Below, piece after piece: positions 58,552-64,000 of a stretch of DNA of 64,000 bases. The translations under genes were made by a program, and so were the position numbers. The notes beneath the pieces were generated by a model. It was not told the DNA's origin. It did no database searches and saw nothing but the letters and a program-made list of their open reading frames with translations. Position 1 is the first letter of the stretch. Every line of letters starts with the position of its first letter. Source of the stretch: Mobula hypostoma (Eukaryota); the NCBI RefSeq assembly GCF_963921235.1, contig NC_086108.1, positions 97,838,001 to 97,902,000 on the forward strand. Reading direction: 5' to 3'.

Positions 58552-59665
58552 TACATGTAATAAGGTATCTTTAAAGTACATATATATCACCATATACAAC
58601 TCTGAGATACATTTTCTTGTGGGCATGCTCAATAAATCTATAGAATAATAACCATAACAGAATCAATAAAAGACCATTCAACTTGGGGTGTTCAACCAGA
58701 GTGCCAAAGACAATGAACTGTGCAAATACAAAAAGAAAGAAATAATAATCATAAATAAGGAAGCAATAGAACATGAAATGAAGAGTCCTTGAAATTGAGT
58801 CCATTGGTTGTGGGAGTATTTCAGTGGTGGGGCAAGTGAAGTTGAGTGAAGTTATCCCCTTTGGGCCCGAATGTTGGGGAGTAATAACCGTTCCTGAACC
58901 TGGCGGTGTGAGTCTTGAGGCTCCCATATATTCTTCCTGATGATGGCATGGGTGATGGGATCCTTGATGATGGATGCTGCTTTACAGCAATTTCTTTACT
59001 CCTTTACTCACATTATCTAGCAATAAAGGCCAACGTACCAAAGGTAAAGTCGAATTTATTGCCATATGGACAAGTACGTGTACACACAGGCGCTATGGAA
59101 AACTTGCTCTGCAGCAGGATCTCAGGCCTGAAAGATTGAGACCCTACTGTGGTCTCCTACCTGAAAAAGGATGCACTTATCTGCGGGAAACTGCTGCAAA
59201 GGTTCACCCAGAAGCTGGAGTCCTGAGCAAAAATCTGCTGGAGGAACTCAATAGGCCAGTCAGCATCCGTGGAGGTAGACCGACAGTCGATATTTTGGGG
59301 CAAGGCCCTTTATTTGGTCTGTGAGATAGATGGGAGATACACAGTCCTCTGTTTGCCTTCTACTTCTCAGTTCCAATGATAGGTCTAAATGTGAAACATT
59401 AACATTAATCCCCTCCCCACCCCCCGCCACCTGCAGATGATGTCTCAGTTCCTTAGTTTATCCAGCAACTCTGATGCCTGTTTAGATTGTTAGCATCTGT
59501 AGTATTTTGTTTTTTTTTCATTAAATCCTCCGTTTATTTGGTATTCAGCTGGACATTTGAAGAGAAAAAAGATAAATCAAGAGCATGCGAGCTCAATTTC
59601 AACGTCTAGGAGGAGCCTGGATAGGTACATAAATGGTAGGGGTATGGGTGCAGGATAATGGGAGG

Positions 59666-59921
59666 TTTTTTTTGTGTGGCATACTCTGCCAGAGCCTCGG
59701 TGACCACTTTTTTTTCAAGCGGTTGTCTTGGAGGAAAGATTCTGTGAGTGGTCCCCCACGTCCTTCTCACAGCGCAGTTTTTTTTTATGAGACCGAGTTG
59801 CGAGCTCGACACTCAACCGGGCATGGATGGAAAGCGCGCCCTGGAGTGGCCTGACTGGATTAGAACTCGAGAACCTTTGCTCCGGAGTCCGGCGCTGATG
59901 TCACTGTGCCACCAGCCGGCC
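59666..59921 (-). mobile_element. tRNA-derived SINE (head shared with 8515-8694) inserted in a CR1 tail
   Basis: ccggctggtggcacagtgacatcagcgccggactccggagc head; internal and terminal A-runs. Confidence 0.7.
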
Positions 59922-60029
59922 GGGAGTAGACAATTTAAATGGTTCGGCATGGACTATACGGGACAAAGGGCCTGTTTCTGTGCTGTACTTCTCTATGATT
60001 CTATGACTCTGTAAGGTAAGATAAAATAA

Positions 60030-60330
60030 AGATAAACTTTATTTGTCACACGTACGTTGAAATATCAAAACACACAGTGAAATGCGTCGTTTGCGTCAAA
60101 GACCAACACAGTCTGGGGACGTGCTGGGGGCAGCCTGCAGGTGTTGCCACGCTTCCGGCACCAACATAACACACCCAAAACTCACTAACACTAACCCTTT
60201 GGAATGTGGAAGGTTACCAGAGTAGTCAGAGGAAGCCCACGCGGTAACAGGGAGAACATAATAATACTCCTTCCAGACAGTAGTGAGAATTGAACCCTGA
60301 TCTAAACAGCTGCCACTGTAAACCATTACG
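60030..60330 (-). mobile_element. V-SINE with Rex/Babar-like tail
   Basis: gaattgaaccc B box, V-domain, tail tttatttgtcacacgtac. Confidence 0.7.
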
Positions 60331-60774
60331 TTAACATATATTGTTCAAACCACAGAAAAATACATCGATCACTGCCTAATGGAGGAAGAGTTAGTGGTTC
60401 AGTAAATTCAGCTGGGGACTGAAACCATGTACTGTAGCAAATGGCACAGACACCAGGGCCTGACTGGAGCGTGAGAAAAGATTGTGCATCACAATCCTTA
60501 CACCTTTAAAGTTTAAACAGGTGCCTTCAGCTAATTGAATGCCACTTGTCAGGAAAAGGTTCTGCAAGTGCTTAACAACACATTTTTATTGATTTAAATA
60601 AAGCTTGTTTGGTTTCAATGCTTCACCGAGTGAGGTGAGCCTTGGGCCCACCATGAAAGCATCTCTTACAATGTGAATAAGTCCCATACGGCCACACTCA
60701 AACAGCTACTGTACATTGTCTTTTATAGAATTGATTTTATATTTATAGTACTGTGCCAAAGTCATAGGCACATA

Positions 60775-61630
60775 CAGTGGTATGCAAAAGTTTGGGCACC
60801 CCTGGTCAAAATTTCTGTTACTGTGAAGAGCTAAGCAAGTAAAAGATGACCTGATGTCCAAAAGGCATAAAGTTAAAGATTACACATTTCTTTAATATTT
60901 TAAGCAAGAAAACTTTTATTTCCATCTTTTACAGTTTCAAAATAACGAAAAAGGAAAAAGGCCCGAAACAAAAGTTTGGGCACCCTGCCTGGTCAGTACT
61001 TAGTAACACCCCGTTTGGCAAGTATCACAGCTTGTAAATGCTTTTTGTAGCCAGCTAAGAGACTTTCAATTCTTGTTTGGAGGATTTTCGCCCATTCTTT
61101 CTTGCAAAAGGCTTCTAGTTCTGTGAGATTCTTGGGCTGTCTTGCATGCACTGCTCTTTTGAGGTCTATCCACAGATTCTCGATGATGTTTAGGTCAGGG
61201 GACTGTGAGGGCCATGGCAAAACCTTCAGCTTGCGCCTCTTGAGGTAGTCCATTGTGGATTTTGAGGTGTGTTTAGTTTCATTATCCTGTTGTAGAAGCC
61301 ATCCTCCTTTCATCTTCGGCTTTGTTACAGACAGTGTGATGTTTGCTTCCAGAATTTGCTAGTATTTAATTGAATTCATTCTTCCCTCTACCAGTAAGTG
61401 TTCCCCATGCCACTGGCTGCAACACAAGCCCAAAGCATGATCGATCCACCCCCGTGCTTAACAGTTGGAGAGGGGTTCTTTTCATGAAATTCTGAACCCT
61501 TTTTTCTCCAAACATACCTTTGCTCATTGCGGCCAAAAAGTTCTATTCAAAAGTTTCAAAGGAACATCTAAACAAGCCTGATGCATTTTGGAAACAAGTC
61601 CTGTAGACTGATGAAGTTAAAATAGAACTT
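60775..61630 (-). mobile_element. Tc1/mariner (IR/DR type) transposon, 3' half with DD34E transposase pseudogene
   Basis: TA followed by CAGTGGTATGCAAAAGTTTGGGCACCC, inner direct repeat at about 60970; ORF 60993-61313 (QQDNETKHTS...WPSQSPDLNIIENLW). Confidence 0.9.
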
Positions 61631-61862
61631 GTGTACCATAGAATAACAATAAAAAGATTGGACTCTTGAATCTTGAAAGTCACCAGGATATCATTTATAT
61701 CAAATCTGAATCACTCTAGACTGGACAAACATCTTTATTTTTTCTTCATGCGTTTTGATCTGCATTGGGATTGAAAGATAGAATCCATTAAGCACAGAGG
61801 AAGCCATTCAGCCCATCAGTGAATGCTCTCCAAATGGTTCCACTTCCTTTGCTCCTTCTCGA

Positions 61863-62291
61863 CACCCAGTGGCCTCTTTATGAGGCACCTCCTGTAGCTA
61901 ATAAAGTGGCCACAACGTGTATGTTCATGGTCTTCTGCTGCTGTAGCAGGTTCAACGCATTATGTGGTCAGAAATGTCTTCTGTAAAGTGTGGTTATTTC
62001 TCCTCTGACCTCCCTCATTAACAAGGCATTTTCACCCACAGAACTACTGCTCACTAGATGTTCTTTGTTCTTTGCGCCATTCTTAGTAAGCTCTAGAGAT
62101 TGTTGTGGGTAAAAATCCCAGGACATCAGCAGTTTCTGAGATAATCAAACCACCCCATCTGGCACCAACAATCATTCCACAGTCACAGTAACTTAGATCG
62201 CATTTCTTCCCCATCCTGATGATTGGTCTGAACAACAACTGAAACTCTTGATCATGCCTGCATGCTTTTATGCACTGAGTTGCTGCCACAT
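61863..62291 (-). mobile_element. Tc1-like derivative (truncated)
   Basis: ORF 62083-62289 (MGKKCDLSYCDCGMIVGARWGGLIISETADVLGF). Confidence 0.8.
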
Positions 62292-62321
62292 CAGAATCTG
62301 AATCTGGTTTCTAATCAGAAG

Positions 62322-64000
62322 GCAACAAACACAAAATGCTGGAGGAGCACAGTAGGTCAGGCAGCATCTATGGAAAGGAATAAACAGTCAACATTTCAAG
62401 CCGAGACCCTTCGTCAGAACTGGATGAAAAGGGGAGAAGTCAGGATAAGAAGGTGGGGAGGGGGAGGGGATGAAGAAGTACAAGGTGGTAGGTGATAGGT
62501 GAAACCGGGAGAGGAGGTGGATGAAGTAAAGAGTTGGAACATTCACAGGTGAAAGATATAAAGGGCTGGAGGAGGTGGAACCTGATAGGAGAGGGTAGAA
62601 GACCATGGGAGAAAGGAAAGGAGGAGGAGCACTAGAGGGAGGTGATGGGCAAGTAAGGTCATAGGTGAAAAAGGGAAATGGGAATGGGAAATGATGAAAG
62701 AAGGGCAATTACTGGAAGTTCAAGAAATAAATGTTTATGCCATCAGGTTGGAGGCTACTTAGAGGGAATATAAGTTGTTGCTGCCCCAACCTCAGTGTGG
62801 CTTCATCGCAGCAGTAGAGGAGGCCATGGACCGACAAGTCAGAATGGGAATGGGAATGGCAAGTAGAATTGAGGTGGGTGGCTAGTGGTAAATTCCGCTT
62901 TTTCTGATGGATGGAGCATAGGTGCTCAGTGAAGCAGTCTCCCAATCTACGTTGGGTCTCACTGATATACAGGAGGCCACACTGGGGACACCAGATACAG
63001 TAGATGACCCCACGAGGTTTACAGGTGAAGTGTCGCCTCACCTGGAAGGACTGAATGGTAGTGAGGGAGGAGGAGTAGGGGCAGGTGTGATTCTTGTTCC
63101 ACTTGCAAGGATAAGTGCCAGGAGGGAGATCAGTGGGGAGGGACGAGTGGACAAGGGAGAGATCCCTGTGGAAATCAGAAAGTGGGGAGAAGGAAAGATG
63201 TGCTTGGTGGTGGGATCCCGTTGGAGATGGCAGAAGTTATGCAGAATTATGTGCTGCAAACGGAGGCTGGTGGGGTGGTAGGTGAGGACAAGAGGAATCC
63301 TATCCCTGTTATTGAGAAGGGAGGATGGGGTGAGGGAGAAATGTGGGTGAGGGCGGCATTGATAGTGAAGGAAGGAAAGTCCCTTTCTTTGAAGGAGGAC
63401 ATCTCCTTCGTTCTGGAATGAAAAGCCTCATCCTGAGAGCAGATTTGGTGGAGACAGAGGAACTGAGAGAAAGGGATAGCATTTTTACAAGTGACAGAGT
63501 GGGGAGAGGTATAGCCCAGGTAGCTGTGAGAGTCAGTGGGTTTATAAAAAGATATTGGTAGATAGACTGTCTCCAAAGATAGAGGCAGAGAGTTTGAGAA
63601 AAGGGAGGAAGGTGTTGGAAATGGACCAGGTAAATTTGAAGGCAGGGTGGAAGTTGGAGGCAAAGTTGATGAAGTTGACGAGCTCCACTGGGCGCAGGAA
63701 GCATCATCAATGCAGTTGTCGATGTAGCGTAGGAAGAATTGGGAAGTGATACCAGTGTAGGCTTGGAACATGCACTGTTTCACATCGCCGACAAAAAGGC
63801 TGGCCCAGATGGGACCCACGTGAGTGTCCGTGGCTACACCTTTGGTTTGAAGGAAGTGGGAGGAGCCGAAGGGGAAATTATTGAGAGTGAGGACCTGTTC
63901 CTCCAGATGGAGGAGAGTGGTGGTGGAAGGGTACTGGTTGGGCCTGTTGTCAAGAAATCAGCAGAGAGCTGTAATGCCCTCCTGATGGGGGATGGAGGTC
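62322..64000 (-). mobile_element. Penelope-like retroelement: RT, GIY-YIG endonuclease and pLTR (frameshifted; runs off window)
   Basis: ORF 63247-63819 (MGP..ASLFVG...FLRYIDNC, FYKPTDSHSYL...AIPFSQF); ORF 62709-63041 (HFTC..RGVIYCIWCPQCGLLYISETQRRLGD.F.EH). Confidence 0.9.
62385..62422 (-). ncRNA. Minimal hammerhead ribozyme motif in Penelope pLTR
   Basis: Minus strand CAGTT-CTGACGA-AGGGTCTCGGCTT-GAAA-TG-TT-GACTG, in sense orientation about 290 bp downstream of the GIY-YIG ORF. Confidence 0.65.

Noticed and set aside
1..64000. Prokaryotic-type systems (CRISPR array, retron, operon)
   Set aside because: No regularly spaced repeat-spacer array or gene-dense structure; all RT ORFs are eukaryotic LINE or Penelope types, and the short tandem repeats are LINE tails

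Overview
This is eukaryotic, repeat-dense non-coding DNA (large intron or intergenic). The repeat mix (tRNA-headed V-SINE/HE1-like SINEs, abundant CR1 LINEs, Penelope-like elements, DeuSINE-like relics) points to a cartilaginous fish, probably a ray; that assignment is inference. No host protein-coding gene can be identified. Every recognisable ORF is transposon-derived: CR1 RT, Rex/Babar RT, Penelope RT plus GIY-YIG, Tc1 DD34E transposase and Harbinger transposase. The most interesting signal is a minimal type-I hammerhead ribozyme motif (consensus AGTC-CTGATGA-AGGGTCTCGGCCC-GAAA-CG-TC-GACT) in the terminal repeat of the Penelope-like elements. This terminus also occurs as short solo or fold-back (palindromic) insertions with 13-16 bp target-site duplications (TSDs). 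Other items: a solo LTR, Harbinger and hAT MITEs, a Tc1 with an internal inversion, SINE tail swapping, a candidate spliced exon pair at 45.7-46.2 kb and two CNE-like islands. Boundaries of old repeats are approximate, and family names come from motif recognition, not database searches.
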